Source of the DNA: Faecousia sp.
Lineage (GTDB): Bacteria > Bacillota > Clostridia > Oscillospirales > Oscillospiraceae
Direction: 5' to 3'
NCBI GenBank assembly: GCA_045632785.1
Contig: JAZQXK010000097.1
Span: 1,536 to 65,535, forward strand
DNA: 64,000 nucleotides
Shown here piece after piece: positions 37,401-48,373 of this stretch. How positions within the stretch are numbered: position 1 is the stretch's first letter; each line of letters opens with the position of its first letter. The notes under the pieces are model-generated. The model had not been told where the DNA came from, did no database searches, and saw nothing but the letters and a program-made list of their open reading frames with translations. A program made the translations under genes and the position numbers.

Positions 37401-37682
37401 GCGGGTGTAATCCTGCTCCAGTCTTGCATTGCTCCGAACACCGGGAGCAGGTCTGGGCGTTCTTGCCCCCTGTTCAAACTTACCTTTTTTGATTTTAATC
37501 GCGCTCCTATCTTACATCGGACATAATCCGAGCGAATCAAACAAACTTCTACCCCAGTTTTCACTGTTATATATATTCTACCACAATTCGCCCAGAATGC
37601 AATTACATTTCTGAATCAAGATGTAACAATTATATGAACTCACGGAAACAATTTCTATCACTTTCGCTGAAAAATTACGATC

Positions 37683-40600
37683 CTAAGTTGCATTAGAATA
37701 CCGCTCCACAAAGAGCATACTTTGATGCAGGCTGTTTGAGCCTTGATTTAGCCGAAGTCGAACGGTAGGCTTCTTATTTTCAGGAACCAGAAATACTCTC
37801 CCATCATACTTGTCATCACTGCAGATGGAGGTAAAACAGACGAAATCCAGCTCTGTCAAGGTAAAATAAACCTCTGAACCCTTCTGCCGAATGTCGCAGA
37901 TGCCAACCTCTTTGGCCTTCGCACGGAGCAGCGCCACATCCACCAGGTTCATAACACCCTTGGGCGGTTCACCATAGCGGTCAACAATCTCATCCAGAAG
38001 ATCATCAGCATCCTCTTGATTTCGGATTGCGGCCATACGGCGGTAAAGATCCATCCGTTCCTCGCCACGAGAAACATAATCCTTTTGGATATGAGCGGTA
38101 ATATTTAGATCTGCCGTACATTCCGGAAGTATCGGCTCTTTCCCCTGTTCTTCCCGCACAGCTTCATCCAAAAGTTTCAGATACATATCATAGCCTACGG
38201 ACATCATATGGCCCGACTGCTCCGCACCCAGCAGGTTGCCCGCACCACGAATCTCCAAGTCACGCATGGCAATCATAAATCCTGAGCCGAACTGGGCAAA
38301 ATCCCGTATAGCTGCCAATCGCTTTTCCGCAATCTCAGACAGAGCTTTATCTGGCTTGTAGGTAAAATAGGCATAAGCATGCCTGCTGGATCGTCCCACA
38401 CGGCCTCTGAGCTGATGAAGCTGGCTAAGTCCCAGTCTATCCGCATTTTCAATAATCAGGGTATTGGCATTAGGTATATCCAGGCCGGTTTCTATGATGG
38501 TTGTACATACCAAAACCTGAATCTGCCCCTCTGCCATCGCAGTCATAATGGTACCCAGATCCTCTTCGCTCATTTTGCCGTGGGCAACTGCAATGTTCAC
38601 CTCCGGCATTCTTTGCTGCATAGAGGCAGCTACCCGGTCAATGGTCTCCACTCGATTGTGCAGATAATAGACTTGGCCGCCTCTGCCGACTTCTCTGCGA
38701 ATCGCATCGTCCAAAAGCTCCTGCTTATGTTCCATAACAAAAGTCTGCACAGGATAACGATCAGCCGGTGGAACCTCAATGGTTGACATATCCCGGATGC
38801 CGGAAAGGGCCATATTGAGCGTTCTGGGAATGGGCGTTGCAGAAAGTGTCAGTACATCCACACCTTTGGAAAGTTCCTTTAACCGTTCTTTGTGGCTGAC
38901 ACCGAACCGCTGCTCCTCATCAACCACCAAAAGTCCAAGATTCTTAAACTCAATATTTTTTTGCAGAAGCTTGTGTGTGCCTACAATAATGTCAACAACA
39001 CCGGCTCTCATATCTTCCATTGTCTTTTTTTGCTGCTTGGGCGTACGGAAGCGGCTTAGCATGTCTACATTCACCGGGAACCCTTGGAATCTGCTCAAGA
39101 TGGTTTGATAATGCTGCTGTGCCAAGACTGTTGTGGGGGCAAGAATGGCAACCTGCTTGCTGTCCAGAACTGCTTTCATAACCGCACGCAGGGCAACCTC
39201 GGTTTTTCCGAAGCCTACATCGCCGCAAAGGAGCCGATCCATGGGCACATAGGATTCCATGTCCCGCTTGATCTCTCCGATGCAGCGAAGCTGATCATCA
39301 GTTTCCGCATAGGGGAAGTTGTCTTCAAACTCTTTCTGCCAAGGAGAATCAGGAGAAAACGCAAACCCGGTCTCCCCTTTTCTTGCGGCATACAGCTTGA
39401 TCAGCTCACCAGCCATATCCTTAGCAGCTTTTCGTGCCCTGGTCTTTGTCTTTTGCCAGACATCAGAGCCCATTTTACTGAGTTTGACCTGGGCATTTTC
39501 TCCCCCGCCAATATATTTACTGATAAGATCTAAACTGGTAGCGGGAACATATAGCACATCTGTTCCGTGATAGGCGATCTTGATATAATCCTTGATCGCA
39601 CCATCAACTCGGATCTGCTCCATGGCAAGGAACTTACCAATGCCATATTGATCATGTACAACCAGATCACCTGGAGAAAGATCCGTAAATGAAGCAAGTT
39701 TTTGTCTGTTTGTAGCACCGGTCTTTTTGCTCTTGGGCTTAGGAGTTTGTGCTGCCATGAGCTGTCCCTCTGTGAGAACAGCCAGCTTCATATCCGGGTA
39801 TTCCATACCAAAGGGAAGACTCCCCTCAGCAAGTAAGATCTGGCCGGGCTGGGGCAAGGTAGTCAGCGGGAACGCCAGGAAACAGGACAGATTTTTCTCC
39901 CGGAGCATAGTTTGCAGCAGTTCGGCCCTTCGTCTTGAGCCACAAAGCACCAGGCTTCTGAACTCCAACCGCTGATAATGGGCGAGGTCAGCAGCAGCCG
40001 TTTCCAGATTGCCGCCATAGCCGGGAAGCTGCTTCGCTGTGAAAGCAATCAGATCCTGGGGCCGCCTTTCTTCGGGGTAGCTGCTGGCTGCAAAGGGATC
40101 CAAATAAGCAACCGTTCGGTTCGCCAGTCTGGACGTAAATTCCTCCCACTGCATTTCAAACTCGCAAAGCTCCCCTGCCAGCGTGCCTGCCTGCAAAAGA
40201 CTGTCTAACTGTGCACCTAATTCCTCCGTACGATGCTGTGCAGTTCTGCGGATGCTTCCCTGATCGCAAAGGATCAGCAATGTATTCTGAGGAAGATAAT
40301 CCAGTGCTGTACACATTTCTTCGTAAATAAGAGCCGCATATCGGTCTGCACTGAAAAGGCTGACACCGGATTCCAGCCGTGTCTTGTCCTCTTCCAATGT
40401 ACGAATCAGGGCTTCATTTACATTTTTGCGCCGTTTTTGTTTTGCAATGATGCCACCTAACGCTTCTGCAAGGCCGGATATGCCCCCTACATGAAAGCCT
40501 GGCTGGATTTCTGCCACGGGAAGAATCAAAATTTCCTGTACATTTTCAGTTCTGCGCTGGGTGTTGGGGTCAAAGTAGCCCATAGTATCGATTTCATCCC

Positions 40601-41186
40601 CAAAAAATTCAGCACGAATGGGAGATTCCTCACCCGGAGAATAGAGATCCAAAATACCGCCACGAATGGCAAACTGACCGGGGCCTTCAACCATGGGCGC
40701 ACGCGTATAGCCCATAGAAACCAGATGACTTGCCAAATCATCCAGTTCTCTCTGATCTCCTACACTAAGGTGGAAAGAAGTAGATAAAAGGATCTCTTTT
40801 GGTATAGTGCGCAGGGCCGCCGACTCCCAGGAGAGGATTTGAAGCTCTGTCTTTCCGGAAGACAGGTCATATAGCTGACAGAGTCGCCGCTGCTCCCAAA
40901 TTCGGGAGGTAACAGCAGTTCCGTACAAATTCAAATCCCGACAAGGCATAACCGGAGCATCAAAATTCAAAAAGGCTTTCAGTTCTTCCTGCATCCGCTT
41001 TGCAGCAAGGTCATCCTGACACAAAACGGCAATGGGTCTTCTGCACTGCTGGTACAGCCCAGCGATCACATGGGCTCTGTTGATCTGTGCCAAGCCTGTT
41101 GCAGCCACAGCACCACCCTTATGAATTACGCTTAGCATTCTGCTAAACTCTTTCAGTTCTTTTAATGACAGGCGTAACAAGTCCAT
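37683..41186 (-). CDS. mfd: Transcription-repair coupling factor
   Basis: DRLLCGDVGFGKTEVA, DEEQRFGV, TLSATPIPRTL and QLRGRVGRS motifs. Start moved to MDLL at 41186. Confidence 0.98.
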   Translation of the reverse strand: MDLLRLSLKELKEFSRMLSVIHKGGAVAATGLAQINRAHVIAGLYQQCRRPIAVLCQDDLAAKRMQEELKAFLNFDAPVMPCRDLNLYGTAVTSRIWEQRRLCQLYDLSSGKTELQILSWESAALRTIPKEILLSTSFHLSVGDQRELDDLASHLVSMGYTRAPMVEGPGQFAIRGGILDLYSPGEESPIRAEFFGDEIDTMGYFDPNTQRRTENVQEILILPVAEIQPGFHVGGISGLAEALGGIIAKQKRRKNVNEALIRTLEEDKTRLESGVSLFSADRYAALIYEEMCTALDYLPQNTLLILCDQGSIRRTAQHRTEELGAQLDSLLQAGTLAGELCEFEMQWEEFTSRLANRTVAYLDPFAASSYPEERRPQDLIAFTAKQLPGYGGNLETAAADLAHYQRLEFRSLVLCGSRRRAELLQTMLREKNLSCFLAFPLTTLPQPGQILLAEGSLPFGMEYPDMKLAVLTEGQLMAAQTPKPKSKKTGATNRQKLASFTDLSPGDLVVHDQYGIGKFLAMEQIRVDGAIKDYIKIAYHGTDVLYVPATSLDLISKYIGGGENAQVKLSKMGSDVWQKTKTRARKAAKDMAGELIKLYAARKGETGFAFSPDSPWQKEFEDNFPYAETDDQLRCIGEIKRDMESYVPMDRLLCGDVGFGKTEVALRAVMKAVLDSKQVAILAPTTVLAQQHYQTILSRFQGFPVNVDMLSRFRTPKQQKKTMEDMRAGVVDIIVGTHKLLQKNIEFKNLGLLVVDEEQRFGVSHKERLKELSKGVDVLTLSATPIPRTLNMALSGIRDMSTIEVPPADRYPVQTFVMEHKQELLDDAIRREVGRGGQVYYLHNRVETIDRVAASMQQRMPEVNIAVAHGKMSEEDLGTIMTAMAEGQIQVLVCTTIIETGLDIPNANTLIIENADRLGLSQLHQLRGRVGRSSRHAYAYFTYKPDKALSEIAEKRLAAIRDFAQFGSGFMIAMRDLEIRGAGNLLGAEQSGHMMSVGYDMYLKLLDEAVREEQGKEPILPECTADLNITAHIQKDYVSRGEERMDLYRRMAAIRNQEDADDLLDEIVDRYGEPPKGVMNLVDVALLRAKAKEVGICDIRQKGSEVYFTLTELDFVCFTSICSDDKYDGRVFLVPENKKPTVRLRLNQGSNSLHQSMLFVERYSNAT

Positions 41187-41308
41187 AAAGTGCCTCCCTC
41201 CTATACGTCCAAATAGATGGCAAATAACATTATGGTTAAACATTCGCTCCACGCAGGAACGCGGAAAGGGGAAAATTCCCCTTTCCGTGATATAATATAT
41301 ATGTGTAA

Positions 41309-41896
41309 TTATTTTCTGTTAAACTTAGCGGAAGCCTTTTCGCAACCCACATCCACAATGGCAAGAGCACCTTCAGCAGCCTTTTCCCACACAGATTCAA
41401 GCGCTTTCTCTTCTTGTGCAGAGAAGGAAGAAAGTACCCAATCCGCAAGATCGTATTCCGGGTGTGGCTTTGCTCCCACACCGATTTTGACACGGGGAAA
41501 ATTCTGGCTCTGCATGCAGGAAATAATGCTCTTTAAGCCATTGTGTCCACCGGCAGAACCTTCAGCACGAATGCGCAGTCTTCCGAGGTCGAGCGAAATA
41601 TCGTCCAAAAGCACAATGATTCGCTCCGGGGAAATTTTATAGAATCGTGCGGCCTGAGAAACACACTCTCCAGACAGATTCATAAAGGTTTGGGGCATAA
41701 GAAGAATCAGCTTTTGACCCTTATAGCTTGTCTGGCACATAAGTCCACGAAACTTACCCTTATCCACCCGGCAGGATAGGAGCTTACTAAGTGCGCCCAT
41801 AGCGCGGAAACCAGCATTATGCCTTGTATTATCGTACTTGCTTCCGGGATTCCCTAAGCCAACGATCAACCAATCAGCAGAAGATTTTTCAAACAT
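41309..41896 (-). CDS. pth: Peptidyl-tRNA hydrolase
   Basis: LIVGLGNPG..TRHNAGF, PQTFMNLSG and GGHNGLKS motifs. Confidence 0.97.
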   Translation of the reverse strand: MFEKSSADWLIVGLGNPGSKYDNTRHNAGFRAMGALSKLLSCRVDKGKFRGLMCQTSYKGQKLILLMPQTFMNLSGECVSQAARFYKISPERIIVLLDDISLDLGRLRIRAEGSAGGHNGLKSIISCMQSQNFPRVKIGVGAKPHPEYDLADWVLSSFSAQEEKALESVWEKAAEGALAIVDVGCEKASAKFNRK

Positions 41897-42861
41897 CAGA
41901 ACAAACTAGAGATAGAACTCTCGGTATAAATATGGTTAATAGCCTTTGAAAATAGCGGAGCTACGTCTAATTGACGGATCTTTTCTCCATGGTAGCCTTC
42001 CGGCAGTGGGATGGTATTGGTCACAAGAAGCTCTTTAATATAACTGTTTTCAATCCGCTCCACAGCAGGCTCCGAGAGAACGCCGTGGGTAGCGCAGGCA
42101 TAAACTTCCTTTGCACCGCCCACTTCAACCAGCGCGGCAGCGGCATTGCATAAAGATCCGCCGGTATCCACCATATCGTCATAGATCAGACAGGTTTTGC
42201 CCCGGACATCACCAATCACATTCATAACCTCGCAGACATTAGCCTTCTGGCGGCGCTTGTCTACAATGGCCAGATCCATGTGTACCTTCTCCGCAAATCC
42301 TCTTGCCCGGGCAACTGAGCCAGCATCGGGAGCGATCACAACAAATTCACTGTGATCGAACTTATCCTCCGGAAACTTATCCATGTAATACTTCACGAAA
42401 ACAGGAGCACCGTGCATATTATCCACAGGAATGTCAAAGAAGCCCTGAATCTGGGCAGCATGGAGATCCATAGTCAGAACACGGTCAGCACCGGCCGCCG
42501 TGATCATGTTGGCTACAAGCTTTGCCGAAATAGGATCACGACCTTTGGCTTTGCGATCCTGACGGGCATAGCCAAAATAAGGAATGACCGCAGTAATCCG
42601 GCCTGCAGAAGCACGGCGGAACGCATCGATCATGATCAAAAGTTCCATAAGGTTGTTGTTTACGGGCTTACAGGTGGGCTGGACTACAAAAACGTCACAG
42701 CCACGTACCGTTTCCATAACAGATACAGAAACCTCACCATCAGCGAAAGCCTTGACCTCACTTTTCCCCAACTCTAAGCCAAGCTCATCGCAGATGCCGT
42801 AAGCGAACACAGGGTTAGCGTTACCGCAGAATACCTTAATTTCATTGCCGTGTGCAATCAT
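41896..42861 (-). CDS. prs: Ribose-phosphate pyrophosphokinase
   Basis: FADGE, PYFGYARQDRK, DLHAAQIQGFF and DDMVDTGGS motifs. Confidence 0.98.
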   Translation of the reverse strand: MIAHGNEIKVFCGNANPVFAYGICDELGLELGKSEVKAFADGEVSVSVMETVRGCDVFVVQPTCKPVNNNLMELLIMIDAFRRASAGRITAVIPYFGYARQDRKAKGRDPISAKLVANMITAAGADRVLTMDLHAAQIQGFFDIPVDNMHGAPVFVKYYMDKFPEDKFDHSEFVVIAPDAGSVARARGFAEKVHMDLAIVDKRRQKANVCEVMNVIGDVRGKTCLIYDDMVDTGGSLCNAAAALVEVGGAKEVYACATHGVLSEPAVERIENSYIKELLVTNTIPLPEGYHGEKIRQLDVAPLFSKAINHIYTESSISSLF

Positions 42862-43083
42862 CGGGAGTTACCTCACTTAATCCTCATTCAAACTCATTTC
42901 AGCTTTCCTCAGTGATACTGCATCTAAACTTTGATCCTCGCCTAATCATTATAGCCGCATTGGAACAGAAAGGCAACTGTTTTCGGGAATGTTATCATAA
43001 AAAAGCCGACAGAGCTATTTGGGATAATATTAACATCATTTGGAAAGCCGCCGGAACCTAATTCCCGGCGGCTAAATTCGTTC

Positions 43084-43851
43084 TTACAGTCCCTTATCCT
43101 GCCGAATCAGAAGCTTCAGTGCCTCAACACCTACACGGATAGCTGCGGAGGTATCTTCACTCATATCCTGGTCACAACCAGCCTTTTCTCTCTCCTGGTT
43201 CCAAATCACATGGAAGCAACTGCCGCAGCGGACACCCAGGGCAGCAGCGACCACGAACAGAGCAGCAGACTCCATTTCACTAGCCTTAACGCCCAGACGC
43301 TTCCAAGCTTCCCACTTCTGCAGAAGCTCATAGGAAACAGGCATTCTGTCAGGTTTGTGCTGACCGTAGAAAGCATCCTTGCACTGCACGATGCCTACAT
43401 GGGTTGTCTTGCCCATAGCCAGAGAAGCCTGACGCAGAGCGTTGGTAATGTCCAGGTCTGCCACAGCAGGGAACTCGATGGGTGCGTACTCCATGGAGGT
43501 GTGCTCAAAACGAACCGCGCCTGTAGCAACAACTACATCACCGGACTTAACATTGATATCGATACCGCCGCAGGTGCCTACACGGATGAAGGTATCGGCA
43601 CCGATGGCCTTCAGCTCTTCCATGGCAATGGCAGCAGAGGGGCCGCCGATACCGGTGGAGCAAACGGAAACCTTCTCACCCAAAAGATAGCCGGTATAGA
43701 TGTTATACTCACGGTTCATGCCAACATGAACCGGATTGTCGAAAAGCTTGGCAATGGCCTCGCAGCGGCCGGGGTCACCGGGAAGAATGCAGTAGCGGCC
43801 AACATCGCCCTCTACGCAGTGAATATGAAACTGCCTGCCTGTATCTTGCAT
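43084..43851 (-). CDS. udp: Uridine phosphorylase
   Basis: [32 protein letters not shown] and EMES motifs. Confidence 0.93.
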   Translation of the reverse strand: MQDTGRQFHIHCVEGDVGRYCILPGDPGRCEAIAKLFDNPVHVGMNREYNIYTGYLLGEKVSVCSTGIGGPSAAIAMEELKAIGADTFIRVGTCGGIDINVKSGDVVVATGAVRFEHTSMEYAPIEFPAVADLDITNALRQASLAMGKTTHVGIVQCKDAFYGQHKPDRMPVSYELLQKWEAWKRLGVKASEMESAALFVVAAALGVRCGSCFHVIWNQEREKAGCDQDMSEDTSAAIRVGVEALKLLIRQDKGL

Positions 43852-43978
43852 AATTAGTCACCTTTCCTTAATGAAATAAAAATACAAAGTAATTATATCA
43901 CAAGTCAATTGTTATTGCAATGCGCTCCCATGTGGATTTCCGTAGAGAAATTTTGTGTACTTTGCACATCGGTGCAAA

Positions 43979-46900
43979 CTAGAACAGGCTTACTTGACTG
44001 GTTTCAGGGAGATTGCCAAAAGCACCTGCCGCTTTGAGCTGTTCAATATGGGTTTTAGATACCTTAGGACAAGCCGCAGCAAATTCCTCAATAGAAATGA
44101 AGTCTTTTCCTTCTCTGCCCTCCATAATATCCCAGGCAGCGGTTTCTCCTAAGCCGGAAACGGATACAAAGGGAGGCAAAAGCATGCCATCTTTAATCAG
44201 GAATTTTGTTGCATGGGAATCATAAAGACTCATAGGTGCAAACCGGAAGCCACGAATATAGAACTCATAGCAGACCTCCAAGGTGGTCAGCATATCTTCA
44301 TCCTTATCCGTTGCATCGTCATTTCCATCAATGGAAGCAATATGTGCCTTGACCTTTTCCAAGCCTCCGGTCATCATGGCAGCATCAAAGCCACCTTTCT
44401 GGCTGCGTCGATAAAAATAAGCCGCATAGAAAGCCAGAGGGTAATGCACCTTAAACCAGGCAATACGGAAGGCCATCATAACATAAGCTACGGCGTGGGC
44501 CTTGGGAAACAGATACTTGATCTTCTTGCAAGAATCGATGTACCACTCCGGCACACCAGCCCCCCGCATTTCCTCCTCTGCGCCATCGGGAAGTCCCCTG
44601 CCCTTTCGCACTGCTTCCATGATCTTAAAAGACCGCTTGTCCGGCATACCGCACTTAATGAGATAGTTCATAATGTCGTCACGGCAGCCGATGGCCTGGT
44701 CAACAGTTGCCTTGCCGCTAACAATCAACTCTTTCGCATTACCCAGCCAAACATCCGTGCCATGGGAAAAACCGGAAAGACGAAGCAGGGTATCAAATCT
44801 GGTGGGCATGGTGTCCATCAGCATGCCTCGTGTAAAGCGGGTGTTGAACTCTGGAATGGCGACTGCGCCGGTTGGCCCGAGAATAGGGTCATTTTCGTAG
44901 CCGAGTACCTTAGAGGATGTGAAAATAGACATAGTCGCCTTGTCATCCAGAGGGATGGTCTTGGCATCCACGCCGGTCATGTCCTCCATCATACGGATCA
45001 TGGTGGGGTCATCGTGACCCAGCATATCCAGCTTCAGGAGGTTTTCCTCCATGGAGTGATATTCAAAATGGGTGGTAATTGTTTCTGCCTTGGGGTCATC
45101 CGCAGGATGCTGCACGGGGCAGAAGTCCCAGATTTCATTCTCCTGAGGAATAACAACCAGACCGCCGGGGTGCTGTCCTGTCGTCCGTCTTGCACCGACA
45201 CAGCCGGAAGCCAGCCTTCCTTCCTCTGCCTTGGAAACAGACAGCCCCCGCTCTGAAAGATACTTTTTTACATAACCGAAGGCAGTCTTATCCGCCACTG
45301 TACCAATGGTTCCGGCACGGAAAACATGAGATTTGCCGAACATTTCCACACAGTAGGCGTGGGCCTTGGCCTGATACTCGCCGGAGAAGTTCAGGTCAAT
45401 ATCCGGCACTTTGTCACCACCGAAGCCCAGGAAGGTTTCAAAAGGAATATCAAAGCCATCCTTTTCCAGATTGGTGCCACACCGGGGGCACTGCGCATCA
45501 GGAAGATCAGCGCCACAGCCAAATCCGTCCGGAACGTCAAAGGTTGTGTATTTGCAGTCCGGGTTGGGGCAGCGGTAATGAGGCGGAAAGGAATTAACCT
45601 CTGTAATGCCTGCCATGTATGCAACAATGGAAGATCCTACAGAACCACGGGAGCCAACCAGATAGCCATGCTCCAGGGAGTTTTGCACCAGCTTCTGAGC
45701 AGACATATAGATCACATCATAATGGCAGCTTATAATATCGCCCAGTTCCGTTTCTACACGCTTTACAATTCGTTCCGGGGGATTCTCACCGTACAGACGA
45801 TGCATCTTGCCATATACCAAAGATTTCAGGTCTTCTACAGAGTTTTCAATTTTAGGAGCGAACAGATTATTTGGCACAGGCCGAAGAATCTCGCACATAT
45901 CCGCAATGAGGTTCGTGTTTCTAACCACAACTTCATAGGCCTTTTCCTCACCCAAATACGAGAATTCCTTGAGCATTTCATCGGTAGTTCTAAAATACAG
46001 CGGATTGGGCTCATCACAGTCCTCAAAGCCCTTGGTTGCCAAAAGGATATGGCGATAAATCTCATCTTCCGGGTTCAGGAAATGCACATCGCCCGTAGCG
46101 CACACAGGAATACCGAGCTTTTCACCCAAACGGACAATGGTTCGGTTATAATCTCGGATTTCCTCCACACTCTGCACCATATTCTTGCGCACCATAAAAG
46201 CGTTATTGCTCACAGGCTGGATCTCCAGGAAATCATAGAAGGAGGCAATTCGCAGGAGTTCATCCTCACTTTTATGTCCTAAAACAGCCTGATACAGCTC
46301 TCCGGCTTCACATGCGGCACCGATAATCAGACCTTCCCGATACTTAATCAGTTCTGACTTGGGCATTCTGGGGAATCGTTTATAATATTCCAGGTTGCTT
46401 AGAGAAATGATGTGGTACAGATTCCGCAGACCGGTTTGATTCTTAGCCAGAAGGATAATATGCCGCAGCTTCCGATCACCGATCTTTTGCTTTGCACGGA
46501 ACTCAGGCATTGCATCATTGATCTGCTGAATATGGGTCAGTCCTATTTCCTCAAGCTTTTTACTAAGAGCGACATAGACCATGCCGCAGGTCAGGGCATC
46601 GTCTGCTGCCCGGTGGTGTCGAAAATCCGGAAGCTCTAAGGCTTCTGCAACCACATTAAGCTTAAACTTGCCAAGTTGAGGCAAGAGATTTTGAGACAGA
46701 ATCAGGCTATCTACATAAGTTGGGGCATAGTCGATCCCCAATTTTTGGCAAGCAGCAGCCACAAAGCCCACATCAAAATCTGCATTGTGGGCAATGAGCG
46801 GCCTGTTTCCACAGAATTCCAGGAATTTCGGGAGAATCTCACCAATTTCAGGCGCACCAATGAGCATTTCGTCATGGATGCCGGTCAGTTCTACCACTTT

Positions 46901-48307
46901 GAGGTCTAAACTTCTTCCGGGCGCAACAAAGCTCTGGAAGCGGTCTACTTCCTGACCACCCTTCAAAAGAACTGCACCAATCTCGATAATTACATCAGTT
47001 TGAGAGGAAAGACCCGTAGTTTCCAAGTCGAAAGCTACAAACTCTCCGTTTAGCGGTGAATCTTCCCTACCATGAATTACAATGCGGTCATCCACATCAT
47101 TGACATAGTAGCCCTCACAGCCATAAAGCACCTTAATCGGATTGTCTGTGCCAGCTACCTTTGCCTTGCCCGCCGCCTTCATGGCATCAGGGAAGGACTG
47201 GGCGCAGCCGTGGTCCGTAATGGCAATGGCTTGGTGGCCCCAAGCTGCAGCCTGTTTAACAGCAGCGCCAGTGTCTGTTAAAGCATCCATCATAGACATG
47301 GTGGTGTGCAAATGCAGCTCCACACGCTTATCTGTAGCAGTATCCAGTCGCTTTGGTGCTTTATGTGGCATAATGGCAATGGGGTCGATGACCATTTCGT
47401 TGTCGAATCGGTTAATAATTGGCTTGCCCAAAACCTTGATCCATGTGCCAATCTTCGCTCCATCCACAATAGCCTGACCTTTAGCCAGATCTCTTTCTCG
47501 GAAATAGCGGTTAATGCAAATGGAACCGGTATAGTCCGTGATGCTAAAATTCACCACAATGGCATTGTTTTTGGACAGCTCTTTATGTTCCGCAGAAAAG
47601 ACTCTGCCTACCACACAGACAGTACGCATATCAAGAGATACGCCGGAAATATCTATGGGTGTATCCACAAAAGGCCTGCCAAAAATGGTTTCCGGATCGG
47701 ATGCAGGCTGAAAACTGTTCTGACTCTTGGAAGCTGCCGGTGCAGCCTTGCTTTGAGGAGGTGTAGGTGCAGCAGGAAGCTGCTCCATCATGTGATACCG
47801 CATATCCTGCATATGGTCAAGAAGGGCCTGCCCTTCCAGCTCCAGGCCGGGGACAAGCTCCACAGTGATCTTCCTTCTAAATCGTTCCTGGATATAGCGG
47901 CACAGGCATGGCACACAGGCTTCCAGATCCTTCTTTCCATTGGCGGGAAGCAGTACACGAAGGCAGGCCCCTTCCCATTGCCACTGGGCGCCGGAAAGGG
48001 TGCCCCAGGAACGGGAATCCTGAGAAACAAACTGCTGCATGAGCTCCTGATGCTCAATTTCAGGAAGACTCTCAGCAGGGAAATGGGGCAAAATAACAGC
48101 CTTGCGAACATCATATGCACCGGTCAGATCCATTTCCACCTTTTCAAGATACCTGGCAGGAATGTAACGGGGGCAGTCCAGTTCCAGGAAGATAGTCCTA
48201 CCCTCTACATCCATTTCAGCATTGCAAATCTGCGATCCTTCTAAAAATTCAAAAATCTGCTGAGAGGGGGTGTATTCAGAAAACATTTGGAAAAACGGTA
48301 TGTACAT
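43979..48307 (-). CDS. polC: DNA polymerase III alpha subunit, PolC type
   Basis: OB fold, PHP (ELHLHTTMS, AITDHG), embedded DEDD exonuclease (FDLETTG), GSRGSVGSS, PDIDLNFSG and FPKAHA. No intein seen. Confidence 0.98.
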   Translation of the reverse strand: MYIPFFQMFSEYTPSQQIFEFLEGSQICNAEMDVEGRTIFLELDCPRYIPARYLEKVEMDLTGAYDVRKAVILPHFPAESLPEIEHQELMQQFVSQDSRSWGTLSGAQWQWEGACLRVLLPANGKKDLEACVPCLCRYIQERFRRKITVELVPGLELEGQALLDHMQDMRYHMMEQLPAAPTPPQSKAAPAASKSQNSFQPASDPETIFGRPFVDTPIDISGVSLDMRTVCVVGRVFSAEHKELSKNNAIVVNFSITDYTGSICINRYFRERDLAKGQAIVDGAKIGTWIKVLGKPIINRFDNEMVIDPIAIMPHKAPKRLDTATDKRVELHLHTTMSMMDALTDTGAAVKQAAAWGHQAIAITDHGCAQSFPDAMKAAGKAKVAGTDNPIKVLYGCEGYYVNDVDDRIVIHGREDSPLNGEFVAFDLETTGLSSQTDVIIEIGAVLLKGGQEVDRFQSFVAPGRSLDLKVVELTGIHDEMLIGAPEIGEILPKFLEFCGNRPLIAHNADFDVGFVAAACQKLGIDYAPTYVDSLILSQNLLPQLGKFKLNVVAEALELPDFRHHRAADDALTCGMVYVALSKKLEEIGLTHIQQINDAMPEFRAKQKIGDRKLRHIILLAKNQTGLRNLYHIISLSNLEYYKRFPRMPKSELIKYREGLIIGAACEAGELYQAVLGHKSEDELLRIASFYDFLEIQPVSNNAFMVRKNMVQSVEEIRDYNRTIVRLGEKLGIPVCATGDVHFLNPEDEIYRHILLATKGFEDCDEPNPLYFRTTDEMLKEFSYLGEEKAYEVVVRNTNLIADMCEILRPVPNNLFAPKIENSVEDLKSLVYGKMHRLYGENPPERIVKRVETELGDIISCHYDVIYMSAQKLVQNSLEHGYLVGSRGSVGSSIVAYMAGITEVNSFPPHYRCPNPDCKYTTFDVPDGFGCGADLPDAQCPRCGTNLEKDGFDIPFETFLGFGGDKVPDIDLNFSGEYQAKAHAYCVEMFGKSHVFRAGTIGTVADKTAFGYVKKYLSERGLSVSKAEEGRLASGCVGARRTTGQHPGGLVVIPQENEIWDFCPVQHPADDPKAETITTHFEYHSMEENLLKLDMLGHDDPTMIRMMEDMTGVDAKTIPLDDKATMSIFTSSKVLGYENDPILGPTGAVAIPEFNTRFTRGMLMDTMPTRFDTLLRLSGFSHGTDVWLGNAKELIVSGKATVDQAIGCRDDIMNYLIKCGMPDKRSFKIMEAVRKGRGLPDGAEEEMRGAGVPEWYIDSCKKIKYLFPKAHAVAYVMMAFRIAWFKVHYPLAFYAAYFYRRSQKGGFDAAMMTGGLEKVKAHIASIDGNDDATDKDEDMLTTLEVCYEFYIRGFRFAPMSLYDSHATKFLIKDGMLLPPFVSVSGLGETAAWDIMEGREGKDFISIEEFAAACPKVSKTHIEQLKAAGAFGNLPETSQVSLF

Positions 48308-48373
48308 CGTATCACCCTCGGGTATAACTCACAAATTGCGGCGGGATAAACTCCTGCCGCAATCTATGAAGAA

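Noticed and set aside
43979-48307. Intein or insertion in PolC
   Set aside because: Length (1442 aa) and domain order are normal, with no C/S..HN splice motifs or LAGLIDADG.
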